Shown here: piece by piece, positions 1 to 13,025 of the stretch | Numbering within the stretch: position 1 is the stretch's first letter | Layout: each line of letters opens with the position of its first letter | Assembly (NCBI GenBank): GCA_951406725.2 | Contig: OX597823.1 | Span: forward strand, 36,208,001 to 36,272,000 | DNA: 64,000 nt | Direction of reading: 5' to 3' | DNA from: Octopus vulgaris | Taxonomy: Eukaryota | Program-made: the position numbers and the translations under genes | Notes under the pieces: model-generated | The model's input: the letters and a program-made list of their open reading frames with translations, nothing else | What the model was told of the DNA's origin: nothing | Databases searched by the model: none

Positions 1-178
1 GGGGGAGGGGATATAAGTTGATCACATTGACCTCAGTACTTGACTAGAATACTTTATCGACCTCAAAAGGATGAAAGGCAAAGTCAACCTCGGCAGAATT
101 AGAATTCAGAACATAGTGTCATACGAAATACTAAACATTTCGCCTGGTGTACTAACAATTCTGCCAGCTCGCCAGCTT
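1..178 (-). mobile_element. SINE family B copy (tRNA-like head on minus strand)
   Basis: Shares 'gaaaggcaaagtcaacctcggcagaatt...cagaac...ctaacaattctgccagctcgcc' with copies at about 11495, 19708, 20590, 24058, 39970 and 40320. Other copies show a B-box-like GAGTTCAAAT on the sense strand. Confidence 0.7.
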
Positions 179-206
179 TAATAATAATGATGATGATGAT
201 GATAAT

Positions 207-700
207 TGCCCTGATCTTATAATGTACATGTTTAGTCTTGATGTAAAAGATGGGCTATAGCAAATATTCTGCTCAATATCACAGATTTGTTTGTCAGTTG
301 CTTGACCTTAACCAGTTGAGTATATATGTTCCTTAGTGGCTGACAATATGTACATCTCTGAACAGCAGAAGTAATGGGGGAGCATCATAGCCATGTGTTC
401 GGGGGAATCCTTTGGAGTTTGAATAATTCACCTCTGAAAATGTGGGTGTTTCATTCAACATCTTTAAACAACCCTTATTCAGGGACTTTTTGAGTAGGAT
501 GGGTTATTCGCCCTGAAGAAAATTTTAACTAGGCCTCCACCTGCAAGGTCATGCACTGTTTATCTAGATATGAGATCACTGTATCACACACATATGGTTG
601 TGATGCATGTGCATCAGACAGGTAGTCATGATGGGTATATTGAGTTTCGTATATTTGTACCCCAGTGTCACTTTGATGGCATGTACTGCTCTCTCACTCA
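207..700 (+). mobile_element. Non-coding ~0.55 kb interspersed element in TAA/TGA microsatellite (copy 1)
   Basis: Aligns end to end with 57661-58216 (same start TGCCCTGAT, same end CTCTC(A/TT)ACTCA) and with the reverse complement of 23718-24020. Confidence 0.8.
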
Positions 701-1239
701 ATGATGGTGACAATGATGAAAATAATAATAACTAACTAACCAACCAACCTGTACACACTGGGACACAAATATGGGCAATTATATCTGATAGTTTATTTTA
801 TCAAGTTCAATGTTAAGAATGACAGACGTAGTTAATCCTGGTGGGACTGGAACTCAAGCATTCATGGAAAACCTATAAACAAAGATCTAAGGGTTCTGTC
901 ATGCACTGCCCTTCCTCAATAGTAATCAAAGAAATATATACGTGAAGTCTCTATCTCTTCCCTAACATTAATTTAACCATTTCTTTTGTGTTATTATTTT
1001 AATGGGGTACAGGGAGAGAGATAGTATAGATGTAGCAGCAAAATACTTCAACCAGAGTGTCACCTCCCCAAGCTTTATGGTTGAGTGGAAATTTGAACTC
1101 AACTGTAACCATATTAGTTATTTGCATGATGGCATAGATTAGCAGGAGATTAAACTAACCCAGGACTTGACTGGTACATTATTTTATCAATCTCCTGAAG
1201 GATGAAAGAAGATGACATTGGTGAGATTTGAACATAGGT

Positions 1240-4220
1240 GGTGGGGGGGTCCAAAAGGGGTCCCAGGGAGTAACATCCTTGCCTTCCTGAGCTAGTAGTT
1301 TTCCACCACATTTCTTAAAAGCTTTTGTAGAGGCCATGGTCTTGGGACTACTCATATCCAGAAACTAAGGTTGGAGGTAAGCAAGAGCATACGTCCCATA
1401 GAAAATTTAGCTCCAAAAAAGCCTCATGACAATAGCAAAAATGCATGAGCACCAGCCAGCCAGCCCAAAGGCTGGAGTGGGCTGCACCTGTTGCCTCAAA
1501 AAGGAAGGTGCAAACCCTCATCCTGGGTCATGCAAGCATGACTTGCCTTACGATGGCTGAAGGCCTGAGGAGAAGCTTGGGCTGAGGTTGGGAAATTGGA
1601 ATATGGGCAATCTGCATGGAAGGGGAACTGAGGTTTGTGAGGAATTGAGGAAGAGGAGGGTGGATGTGTGCTGTGTACAGAAGGCTAGGTGGAGGGGCCA
1701 GGGTGCAAGATTTGTAGGGGTCAAGGGAAGAAGGTACAAGTTGTGGTGGTCGGGGAAATAGCAAGGGGACTGGGGGTGTGGGAGTTTTGGTGAAGGAAAA
1801 AATCTGTGAGAAGGTGGTGGAGGTCAGGAGAAAGAGTGACAGGATGCCGACAGTAGTATTAGAAGTGGTGAGGTTGATTTGTGGGCATGGCCTGCAAAGT
1901 GGAAGAGGGATCGCTGAGAGAGAGAGAGTGGTCCTTTAATGAAATGGTGAGTGGGTGGGACTTAGCTAAGATAGATGAATTGGTTTTAGGCATGAGTGAA
2001 TTTAATGGACATATTCGGAAATGGATCCATAGCTTTGAGGGTATGCATGGAAGAAATGGAATTGGGAAGAGAAATATGGAAAGAAGGATGTTGTTGGAGT
2101 TTTGTGATGAAAAGTAGTTGTATGTGGCAAGCACATAGTTTAGGAAAACAGAGAAAAGGAATGTGACTTTCAGTGCAGGAGCGAATGAGACAGAGATTGA
2201 TTTTGTGTTGGCTGGCATGGAAAACAGAAAGTGTCTGAGAGATGTGAAGACAATACTAGGTTGGTAGTTGCTGACTTGGATAAAAAGAAAGTTAAAAAGT
2301 GTGTGAGAAAGGGAACAGTTGAGAGGAGAAAGGTGTGGAAACTGAAGGAAAAAGAAACAAGGCAAGGTTTGAGGAAAGAGTTGGGGAGCTGGTAAGCATT
2401 GATGCACCGGGTTTGTGGAAGGCTTTTAAGGAAAGGGTATTAAAGGCATGTGACAAAGTGTGTGGAAGGATGAAAGGTAGGAGGGATCGAGGAGATACAT
2501 GGTGGTGGAATGAGAAGGTGAGGGATGCAATAGTGAGGAAGGAGGTGCACAAAGCTTTATGTAATAAAAGGACTGAGCAAATGAAAGCCAAGTATAACAT
2601 GAAGAATTGTGCAAAGAGGGTGGTTGCAAAATCTATGAGGAAGGAGGGTGATGAGAAGTTGAGCAGGCTGGATGAGAACCCTGATAGCATGTTTAGGTTT
2701 AGGAAATCAATGTAAAAAGATGGAAGAGATGTCGAGGGGGAATGATGGAAGGCTGAATTTTAGTAAGAAGGACAGGAGAAGAATTTGGAAAGAGCATATG
2801 GAGGGAATTATGAATGAGGAGAATGAATGAGATCAGAGGGTGGAAGCTGCTGTAGTGAAGGGGCCAGTGGAGAGGATTAGTCGGGAAGAAGTAGCAGAGG
2901 CAATGAAGGAAATGAAAACAGGAAAGGCAGCTGGTCCATCAGAAGTAAGTGTGGAAATGATAACTGCAAGAGGAAAGATAGGGACTGTTGTGTTGATGGA
3001 GTTCTGCGAGGGTGTGCTGGATGGAGGAGGAATGCCAGATGACTGGGCACTAAGGAAAGGGGGATGCGATGAGTTGGGGGGAATATAGGGGAGTGAAGTT
3101 ATTGGAGCATGCAATGAAGATTGTGGAAAGGGTGTTGGAGATGAGAATTTGGAAAACGGTGGATGTGGATGAGATGCAATTTGGTTTTATGCTACAAAAG
3201 GGGACAAAAGATGCAGTGCTCTTTGTAAGGAGATTGCAAGAGGGATACCAAGGTAAGGAGAAGGAGTTGTATATGTGCTTTGTTAATCTGGAGAAGGCAT
3301 TTGATAGGGTTCCAAGGAAGGTGATTGAGTGGACAGTGAGGAAGAGAGGTGTACTAGAGGTAATAGTGAGGGCAGTGATGAGTTTGTATGAAGGGGTAAA
3401 GAGTTAGAGTTGGATCAGAACTGTTGGAGGAGTTTGCAGTGAAAGTTGGAGTGCATCAGGGATCTGTGTTGTCACTGTTGTTGTTTGCAATAATGGTTGA
3501 TATAGTGATGGAGGGTGCAAGAGGGATTGACAAAGGAAATACTGTATATGGATGACCTTGTTCTGATGAGTGAGATGATGGAGGGATTGAGGGAGAAGTT
3601 TTGGAAATGGAAGGAGGCATTTGAAAGCAAGGGTTTGAATGTAAACCTCGGGAAGACAAAGGTGATGGTGATGAGAAGTGTTACTGAGTAAGTAGATCCA
3701 TGTGGCATGTGTGGGAGGAGGTTAATGGCAAATATGGTGTTGTAATGGCAAATGTGGTGTTGTGTACGAAATGTGGGAAATGGATTCATGGTAGATGTAC
3801 GAAAATGAAGAAGGTGACCCCAATACTGGCAAGAGATTTTATTTGTGGAGGGCTGGAGGAACTAGTGGAAATGCTATGTGATGAGGTGGAAATGGTAAGA
3901 GGGTTTTGTTATTTGGGAGATAGGATGGATGTGAAGGAGCTGTGACAGCAAGAACAAGACTTAGCTGGGTGAAGTTCAGGGAATGTGGAGCGTTACTATA
4001 TGGGAAAAGGTTCTCCTTGAAGATGAAAGGAAGGGTTTATCAGAGTTGCATGAGATCTGCAATGCTGTATGGCAGTGAGACACAGTGTCTGAGGGAAAGT
4101 GAAATGGCAATTTTGAGAAGGACTGTGAGTGCAATGTGTGGTGTGAAACTATTGGATAAAAGGAGGGCTCAGGGCTTGATGAGGATGCTGGAGGAATTGG
4201 TGGAACAGCTGGCAAGGGCA
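1240..4220 (+). mobile_element. RTE-clade LINE, near full length, frameshifted (APE endonuclease + RT)
   Basis: EN motifs (RLGNWNMG, DVCCVQ, EFNGHI). RT motifs GKAAGP, YRGVKLL, QFGFM, FVNLEKAFDRVP, HQGSVLS and YMDD. C-terminal RVYQSCMRSAMLYGSET. Many stops and frameshifts. The 5' boundary is approximate. Confidence 0.9.
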
Positions 4221-4472
4221 ATTCAAACTAATACACTTGTCAATGTTATCTAGTGGTTGCTTTTTGAGATTGTTTGTTATTAAAAGAATGCTAGTTCACA
4301 CATACAAACATTCACATACTTCCCTTGTACATGGACACACATTCACACATATGGTCACACAGAGTTGAAATGCTGTTTGATTTTTCTCTTCGGCATTGAA
4401 TGTTCATCATCCCAGAGCTGCCTTTTCTGCATTTTCTCTAAATCAGGTTGCCTGCCATATCTTTGAAATTAT

Positions 4473-4588
4473 CTTATGGCAAAATTTCCTATACAGCAAA
4501 GTTTCCTATGGCCAGTTTTCCAACAGCGAGTTTTCCTACAGCAAGTTTTCCTGCGGCAAAAATGTTTATGATAGATGTTCCTAGAACC
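4473..4588. repeat. ~15-bp tandem array (TTTCCTA(C/T)(A/G)GC(A/G)AG-like), possible foldback/MULE TIR remnant
   Basis: About 6 degenerate 15-bp units, visible as the 5-aa periodicity ASFPT in an ORF, ending in GTTCCTAGAACC. Confidence 0.55.
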
Positions 4589-5403
4589 TTTGACAGAATC
4601 CATCAGGTCAAAGTACTCTGTTTTCCTCCAGTGTTCAGTTCCGGCATGATATAGCTCTAAGTCAACAGAATGTCCTGGGTGCTGGCAGTAGTACCAGTGA
4701 CACAGCTTAGTAACTCACAAAACTAAAAACCTCCCTCGACAGAGAGGGAGAATAGGAGATATGATGGTCACTTTAAGCAAGGTATTGAAATGTTAAATTA
4801 CAATGTGGGGATCAGGAACAGTTCTATTATTAAGGATGAGGCTCATGGCTACCTTGCATTTTGCAAGGGTAGATGAAGGAAGCTGAAATGGTGTCCAAAA
4901 GGCATGGTTCTGTAATGTACCCCCATGTCATCATGGGAGTACATTCCAGAAGGTGAATAGAAAACAAAAGCATTCTTTTACAGACTGAAGGGCAGATGGT
5001 AAGATGAATATAAATTAAATGATGTACAATGTTGTCACATGATAGTAAAACAAGGGCAATGCAAACAGATGTATGAAAGAAAGCGGGAGCAAAATGAAGT
5101 ATGTTCTGCAGGATGTCTAATATCAGGGAAACTAAGGAGGTTAATCTCAAGAGGCTGAACTGCACAAAGGAGGTGATAAACAACTATAACAAATGAGTAG
5201 ATGTAATGTTAGAGAAGACCTAACCAACCCACACAAACATGGAAAAGTAAACATAAAATGATGATGATGATGAGTCTCTTAACCATATGCAACAACATGG
5301 AATCATATTCAAGTGAATCTTCTCCAATAAGTGGAAACTTCTCTCCCCAACACATCTCATGGCCCCATAGAGGAAAAAAATGTAAGAAATCTCAGAACTG
5401 TAC

Positions 5404-5512
5404 CTTCTTCTGCTAAATCTTTATTTATAACTAATTTCCCATGTCGTAAGTAATTTAGAATTGGACCAAAGTAAGTTGGGTCTCGATCAATTAGGAATGC
5501 TCCAATATCATC
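5404..5512 (-). CDS. KCTD5: KCTD2/5/17-family BTB/POZ protein, coding exon 2
   Basis: The minus strand reads ttcctcAG|[37 protein letters not shown]|GTacag. It is 109 nt, has canonical splice sites, continues exon 1 in phase 0, and closely matches vertebrate KCTD5/2/17 [27 protein letters not shown]. Confidence 0.95.
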
Positions 5513-7164
5513 CTGAGGAAGAAAGAAATATTAAATGTTATAAGGATCTCAATTTAATCAGAGAGAAAAAACAAAAATAACAAAAAAAAATACATGTTTT
5601 TAACTCTTTTATTTACAAAACTTAATGGCATACAACATCTTTATCTAATGCAACATTATCTTTGAAAGGAAATTGGTTAAAAAGTTTTTTATGTTCATTT
5701 TGTGTAAAATGTTAATTAGCAATGTTTATACAGTGCTACATCAACTTTGAACTAAAAGAGTTAACTCACTGATTTGCTCTTAGACTACGAGTTATGTTAA
5801 TAACAGTGACAACAGATTTACATTTACAATTTCAAATATTGCTATGGTTCAGTTACTGAATTTACAATTAGAATAGTTATTTGTAGTGGCTGTCACACAA
5901 CAAATTGTAATATTTTGTAGCAAAAGTAGAAAATGTTTGACATGAAAAATGATTTAATGAGTTTCTAAGTTATGACTTTACACAAATCCAACACTCATGT
6001 GTCAGTGTAGATGTGTGTAAATGAATATCTATAGAGATTTAGATGTATATAGCTGTAGACATATATAGATAGATGTATGTGGAATCTAAACCAGAAAAAA
6101 AACTGATGCAGAAACATTTTCAAATGATTTTGCACTGATTCCCATTAAAAATATTCTAAAGATGGCACAAATGCGCAGATACATACATAAACACTACTAA
6201 TGATAGATTCCTTGTAACTACTTAATGAGTTGTTAGATCAGTAATGAAGGCCAACAAATCCTTATATATATTTTTGTTTCAATTAAATTAAAGTATTTTT
6301 TGTTTTTTCTGTGTTTCATTAATGGAAATGTAAAAAGTTACTGTTTTTATTATTTACTTACAATTTACAAAAATTTTATTACAAAAAAATATCAAACAAG
6401 ATACCCCTCATACTATGTGGTATAAAAGAAACTCATTTCTAAATAAATCTCACCACATAAATTTGTCTCAGAACTAACTTTTTAAGTCTTGAAACATACA
6501 TGTAGTTTGTAGGAGTTTCATTTTATAGAATACTTTTAAATTAAAAAAGTGAAATAATGAGTTAAACTTTTGCACAGAAATTATTAAAATCATCAGCAAT
6601 ATTAGAAATGAATATTGTAAATATTTACAATATTATGAATGAAAAGCAGTACAAAATGTAGATTAAAAAATGACATGACCAATGGGTCAATAGGCTGACA
6701 GGCAGTCATAGAGCACTCTAACCTCCCACAAAAAGAAGGAAAATAATCTGGGATGGCAAAAAGTGAATAAGGTTCAGCAAACAACCAATATCCTAATACA
6801 TCATTTATCAAGGATTTGTGTAATTATATTTAATAAAAAATAGTTTTCAATACATTATACAACTGAGAACAAAACAAATCACAGAGAAAAACAAAAACAG
6901 CAAACAAAAAAAATTCAAACAAACAATATGCCATCAGAAAATGATGAGTACATTCAATAAGATATATCAAAGAAATAGGCTATTCAACAAAACCAACTTT
7001 GACCCCTGTGGTGGCTCCCATGTGACCACAGAAGTGACTGTAAATCAGCTGAGCCCACTCATGCTATCCAACATACCTGAGGTGGCAGCTTCCAAACAAA
7101 TCTTTAGCAAATATAGAGTTGCTCACCCCTACTGTACAATGTACCTAACATAGCAGGATCACAT

Positions 7165-7645
7165 GATGTTCTAGGTTTTGCAAGACATGAACTGCCTTTT
7201 TCTTATCACAGAGAACTTGTATTTGATGTATTCATACACCATACACCTAATAGTGAGCTCTGTCACCTTAGGTTGCTTAGCAATGGTCTTCAAAGACCTA
7301 CTGGGGCTGTCATTAATGTAGTCCTGGATCTGCTGAGCAAACACAGCCATCCTGACAATACCTGGCCACTGAGAAGGCATCACTTGGCCACAGATAACAC
7401 ATCCCTGCTAGAGGACTCAGCTCTTCCACAACCCTGAACATGCAGGACACTACCACATTCAAGAGATTGACCTCTGGCTCACTGAGTTGTGGCTAGTGTC
7501 ATAAGCACAGCATATCTTTTCATCTCTAATGTCAGGCTGGAATATGCTATGTTGATGTTGTTGCTATGATTCATAGTCAAATAAGAAAATTAAAATTTGG
7601 TGCATGCTGCAAAACTTTGTTAGGTCATCTTCCATTTATACCTGT
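7165..7645 (-). mobile_element. Degraded Tc1/mariner-type transposase N-terminal (HTH) fragment
   Basis: ORF segment DYINDSPSRSLKTIAKQPKVTELTIRCMV resembles a Tc1/mariner DNA-binding HTH. Boundaries are uncertain. Confidence 0.5.
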
Positions 7646-9253
7646 AGTAATTTATTCACAAATACTTGGTACATTCTGTACATTTTAGAATTTACTGATT
7701 TTATTTCCAATTTAAAAATCATCAATGAAATTGGTAACAGAAACTGCACCAAAACTCTGTGTGTGTGTGTGTATGCGCGCGTGTGTGCATGCATGCGTGT
7801 GTTTTTATTTCCACATATTTTCTTGTGAAGAATGACACATTTGAGTGACAATGATGTCAGATTTATGTCCACTGGAAGCAATACGTTCTATAACTTGGTG
7901 GTTTCAATGTGTGGATGCCAGTAAAATAAAAGTACAAGAAAAACAGATAAGGAATAGTGACAGTTAGAGCAACCTTAGAATACTGCTTCAACAAGTCTAG
8001 TGTAATCCAAGCCAGCAGGGAAGAAATGGACATCAAAAAGGCTGGTGGTGAGGAAGCAAAACATATTGAATACATGATACACATTGCCTAAGAGGCAAAA
8101 CATGGTGTACATTCTAGTATATAGAATTTTAGTAAAAGTCATATATAATCATAAAATTGGGTTAATGCCGTAACTGATACAAAGTAAACTTTATTCATAA
8201 TTGTTTTCTATAATACCTGCAATTTCACCTGCAGTTGTAATTACACTTTGAACAAGTAATTTATTTTAAAAACTTCATTTTTATCCCCTATTCTGAGTTC
8301 TTTTCCTTACAGTTTTGTTGGTTCATTAAGTTTCCCAAAAGCTCTTTTCAAAACTAAATATTCTACATGTGTTACAGAAAATGATATTGAATAATTAGGT
8401 ATCACTATGAATTTTTGAAAATATTTAAATGTAACTTCTGCTGTACTTTTTCTTGGAGAGCATTCAAAATGAAACACTTTGATACCTTATTTGTGAAATT
8501 TTGATGAATATTTTAGGAAATATGACAATTTGAATGGTCAGTGGATTGGTTGAAATCTTGCCTAATTAGGCTTAAATGAATAATTAGCCATATTTGTGAT
8601 GTCATATCTTTGAAACTGAGGTGATAATCATCTTCAAATTACACAAATTAATAGTGTCCATGGGATAGCAGTTGCTCATTTTTTTTTTTCAGGGTATTGA
8701 AAATGAAAAATTTTTTTGGTAGTCAATTTCATTGCATGTAACAAACAGTTGATTTCGTAATGTTTTCAGACATAGCTAAATCCAAAAGTATAAGCCCCAG
8801 AGACTTGAGTTTTGATACATTTATAGTAGGTATAGAATTAAATATATCCAGAGATTTGGGGACATGACACCACGTCAATAAAATTATAACAGACTATTAA
8901 CAATGGCTATAACAGTGGAGTTTTGGATCAGGATACATATATAAGTTGGATTTTCTCCATTTTTTGTGGAGTTTTTCAATTTTTTCTCTTGGAAATGATG
9001 GGGAGAAGCTTTACATGAAAAGAAATTTTGGAAAATTTATGGAGTGTTGTCCCCCCACCCCAACTAATTTTGGCTAATTTTTTTTTTTTGCACTCTGCAC
9101 TTAAAAATGATGGTAGAAGCCTCTTTGATAAACAACTTTTGAAAATATTTTCAGACAAAAACATGTGTGATTTAAGGGAGATTTAGGTGGTGTTTCTAGC
9201 ACATCCCATAACTACCTGGTACCTTCCTTATTTCTTTGTAACTTTGACATGTA

Positions 9254-10159
9254 TGAGATGATATCAAAAAGATCCCAGATTAGTTCTGCAGCATGCCAAA
9301 CAGATGGCAGCACATGGTTACATGTGCAGTGAGAGCTAGCAGTGACTTTCATGAGGCAGTGAGCTGAGTGACATCACTATATTTTCTTCACAAGTTGTGA
9401 AATTTGTGTTTTTGTGATCACATGTATGCTATAGTCTGTAATTTTATGGACAAGAACAAAGAGCCAATGTGAAATTTTGAGTTAAACTTGGAAAGTCTGC
9501 TACAGAGACATTGGGCATACTTCAGCAAGTTTACAGTGACAAGCCAATGGGTTGTATGAAATGTTTCAAGTTGCACAGGTGCTTCAAAGCAGAAGTATGT
9601 CCTTGAAAGACGATGAGCAATCTGGAAGACCTGCCACAAGTGTCACTCCTGGAAACGTGGAGGAAATTCCTGAGCTTGAGCATGAGGATCATTGGAGGAC
9701 AATCAACAATGTTTTGAAGCATTTGAGGTAGGACATTCAACGAAAGCAACCAGATCTGTGGAGTGCAAAGAATTGGATTCTTCCTGACGATAATGCACCC
9801 TGTCACTGAGCTCTCCTCACTCGTGAGTTTCTCGCCAAAAACAACATGGTATTGCTTCTGCACTTGCCCTATTCATCAAATTTAGCACCAGCAGACTTCC
9901 ATCTCTTCCCCAAGATGTAAAGCAGCTTAAAGGTCACTGTTTTAACATTACTGTTGAAATTAAAAGCGAATCGCAGAAGGTCCTTGACTTGCTTACAGAA
10001 AACAACTTCCAGGACAGATTCCAAAGGTGGCAGGAACGCTGAGATCAGTGTATTGTTGCGCAAGGTGACTATTTCAAAGGTGATGATGCTAAAACTTAAG
10101 GTAGATAAGTTATTTTTTATTAAACATAACTAGTCTGGGAACCTTTTGATACCACCTTG
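9254..10159 (+). mobile_element. Internally deleted mariner element with both TIRs and TA target sites
   Basis: Left TA|TGAGATGATATCAAAAAGATCCCAGATTAG versus right (reverse complement) TA|CAAGGTGGTATCAAAAGGTTCCCAGACTAG. Internal DDNAPCH and PYSSNLAPADFHLFP match the mariner HDNA and YSPDLAPxD motifs. Confidence 0.88.
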
Positions 10160-11494
10160 TAATGATGTTTTGCAATATTTTTATCCCTATGAACACATTT
10201 TATGGAATGATAATGTGGAAGTAGCTACATGGTTTTTAACAAAACAAAAATGTAATTTAAATTTTTAACCCCACACCACTGCATCAAGTGAGTCCGTGTG
10301 TGTGTGTGTGTGTGTGTAAGAAAAACATAACTAGTAACAGAAAAATATGCTTCCTTTTTAAATCACTGTGGATAAATCCAAAAAATAATCTTCTCAGGCT
10401 CTCCAATATTTTAAAATTATAAACAAAAATAAAAGGAGGGGGTGGGTAAAAAAATCATAGATTTTTAAAAATTTTCTTTTGTTTTTAATATAAAAGTATA
10501 CTTTTCTATTAGTAAATGTTTTTTCTTATACATACACGGACTTCCTGGATGTCCAGGAGGTTGGAGAAACAAGGAATTTACAGGTAGTTGTGGGATGTGC
10601 TAGAAACATTAGCTAAATCTCCCTTAAATCACATATCAATTTGTCTAGCATACTTTTTAGTTAGTATGTATGTTTTTTCTTACATACATACGTGTGCGGT
10701 GTGGACTACTTGTCAAATGTCAGTTTGACAAGTAGTGTCAGTATGCATTAATCCTATACAAGCAGCCAAGGCAATTCCCTTTTTATTGCCTTTATACTTT
10801 TGCACCATATCATGGCCAGATTCTGCAAGGGCCACATTGAATTCATGAGAAATTTTTCATTCTTACAGCATAAAAATCTTGAAGAAAATATGTTCTTTTC
10901 TAAGTGAAAATTGATGATGATATTTTCACTTCTATATTTCATAATGATTATCTGACCTCCCCTCATTGATTTTTAAATCAAAATAAAGCAAAAACAGTTC
11001 TCTTCATGACTGTATCATTTTCAACAAAAGTTGAATAATAACACTCCAGTGCATTGAATTAGAACAAGGGCTGTCAATCAGCAGTTAAAAAAAAAAGGGG
11101 ACAAACATTGTGAATGGGTGGAAATATGACGGTGATTGAGGAATCTGGCATGATATGCAAATGTCAGATTTTGATAAAAAAATTATGAGAAGAAAGTTTA
11201 CATCCAGAACTTTCAAATTATATATAATTGTCCAAAGAAAAAATGTATTTTGAAATGAAAATGATCAAACAAAAAGTGGGATTTTGTATGGTCAAACTTT
11301 GCTTGTGTTTGTCTCCCCTCTACAGTGAGACTTAGAATAATGCTCCATATTGTATCACCTTGTAGAAAAATATACAAATATCATATCCATTTACATACAG
11401 AGTTGCAATAAAATGTATATTTTCTACATACAATCCTAGATTAAGCCAGCCAAGAATTTAATTCCATGTACTAATAGACATAACATTATTACAA

Positions 11495-11706
11495 GCTTCA
11501 AATTTTGGTACAAGGCCAGAAATTTTGGGAGAGGGGTGAGTTGATTCCATGAACTTCAGGGTTCAACTGGCACTTATTTTATCAATCCTGAAAGGCTGAA
11601 AAGCAAAGTTGACCTTGGTGGAATCTGAACTCAGAACATAATGATGGATGGAATACTGCTAAGCATTTTGCCTGGCATGCTAACAATTCTACCAGTTTGC
11701 CACCTT
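11495..11706 (-). mobile_element. SINE family B copy
   Basis: Full-length similarity to 1-178, 19708-19921 and 39970-40180. Confidence 0.7.
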
Positions 11707-12759
11707 AGAGATAATAGTAATATTAACAGAGGTAACAGCTATGGGAATTTTTGTTTCTGGAGATGTTTGTCTATTCCCAGAGTTTTACTAGTTTAAACAG
11801 AACAGAACAAAAGAGAGAAAGTGTTTTATGCTTTTGGGGAAAGGAAGTCTGATAAAAGAAAAAGAAAGTGAGTGAAAAAGACAATATGGGAGAATAAAAG
11901 AAAAAAAGGAAGGGAGGAAAACAAAACAAGTGTGAGAGGAGGTAAGAGAGAAAACAAAGACAAAGTGTACATTTACCTCACATGTATATGTATATACAGA
12001 GAAAACCTATGTATAAATATAGACGTTCACGTTCACATATGCACAAGCAGATATGTGTTAGTATACACAAATATATGTATATACACACAAAAGTACATGT
12101 ACATATAAAACAATAACTCATGAGTTCCTGTTAATGTGACTTAAATCATTTGAATATTCAATCAAGTGTGAAATAAGAATTTCTGTTCACATTTAATTTT
12201 CCCCATTCATAAGATGAATATTAGGCTACTTTACAAAAATTACCTTTACCTTGTCCACCCTCTTATTCTAAATCTCTCAACCATACATCATCTATTTCCT
12301 CTCTTTTTTCACCCCAACTGCAGAAACATCTCTCTAATACATACCATTCTCGACCTTTGATCTCCAGGAACTGTCTTAATTCACTTGCACTCAGCCAGTC
12401 ATCTCTCTTATCCACATTGCACCACCAATGAATCATGCACAATCCATTTTTCTCTATAATTAACAAACCTTCTTAAAAAATTATATTTTTATCTCTGAAG
12501 AATGTGCTCTGCTGATTTACAGATTTAACTTCAAAATTTTATCAGTCATGCAAAATAAAGTCAACATTATTTAATATTTATGATCTTTCAAATGAAAGGA
12601 TTTGAAAGATATGCAGTATATATCATCATTGTTTAAACTTATCCATGCTCACCTGAGTCAGATTGAATTGAGAGAGATTTCCTACAACCAGATGCCCTAC
12701 TTGTCACCAACCCTCATCTATTTCTAAGTAAGGTAATATTTCTCCATAACCAGATATGT

Positions 12760-13025
12760 TTTCATAGAAGTTTGGAAACAAAGGTCACTGCTTGTATGAC
12801 AGTGGCATTCATTTACAACTATCATGTGATGCCAAGACAAGAAGACACCAACTGTCACATACACATGACAGGCTTCTTTCAGTTTCTGTCTTTCAAATCC
12901 ACTCACAAGCCTTTGGTGAGCCCAGAGCTACAGTAGAAGATACATGCCCAAGGTACCGTGCAGTGGGATTGAATTTCAAACCATGTGATTGGGAAATGAG
13001 CTTCTCAACCACACAACCACAGCTG
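12760..13025 (-). mobile_element. SINE family A copy (tRNA-derived), decayed
   Basis: Reverse-complement match to the 5' half of 39528-39948 (ggcttctttcagtttc...aaatccactcacaag...tgcccaagg). Confidence 0.7.

Noticed and set aside
4830-5183. 117-aa ORF next to KCTD exon 2 as a possible exon 3
   Set aside because: No GVLEEAEFY-like sequence in the frames examined. Probably an old LINE remnant.
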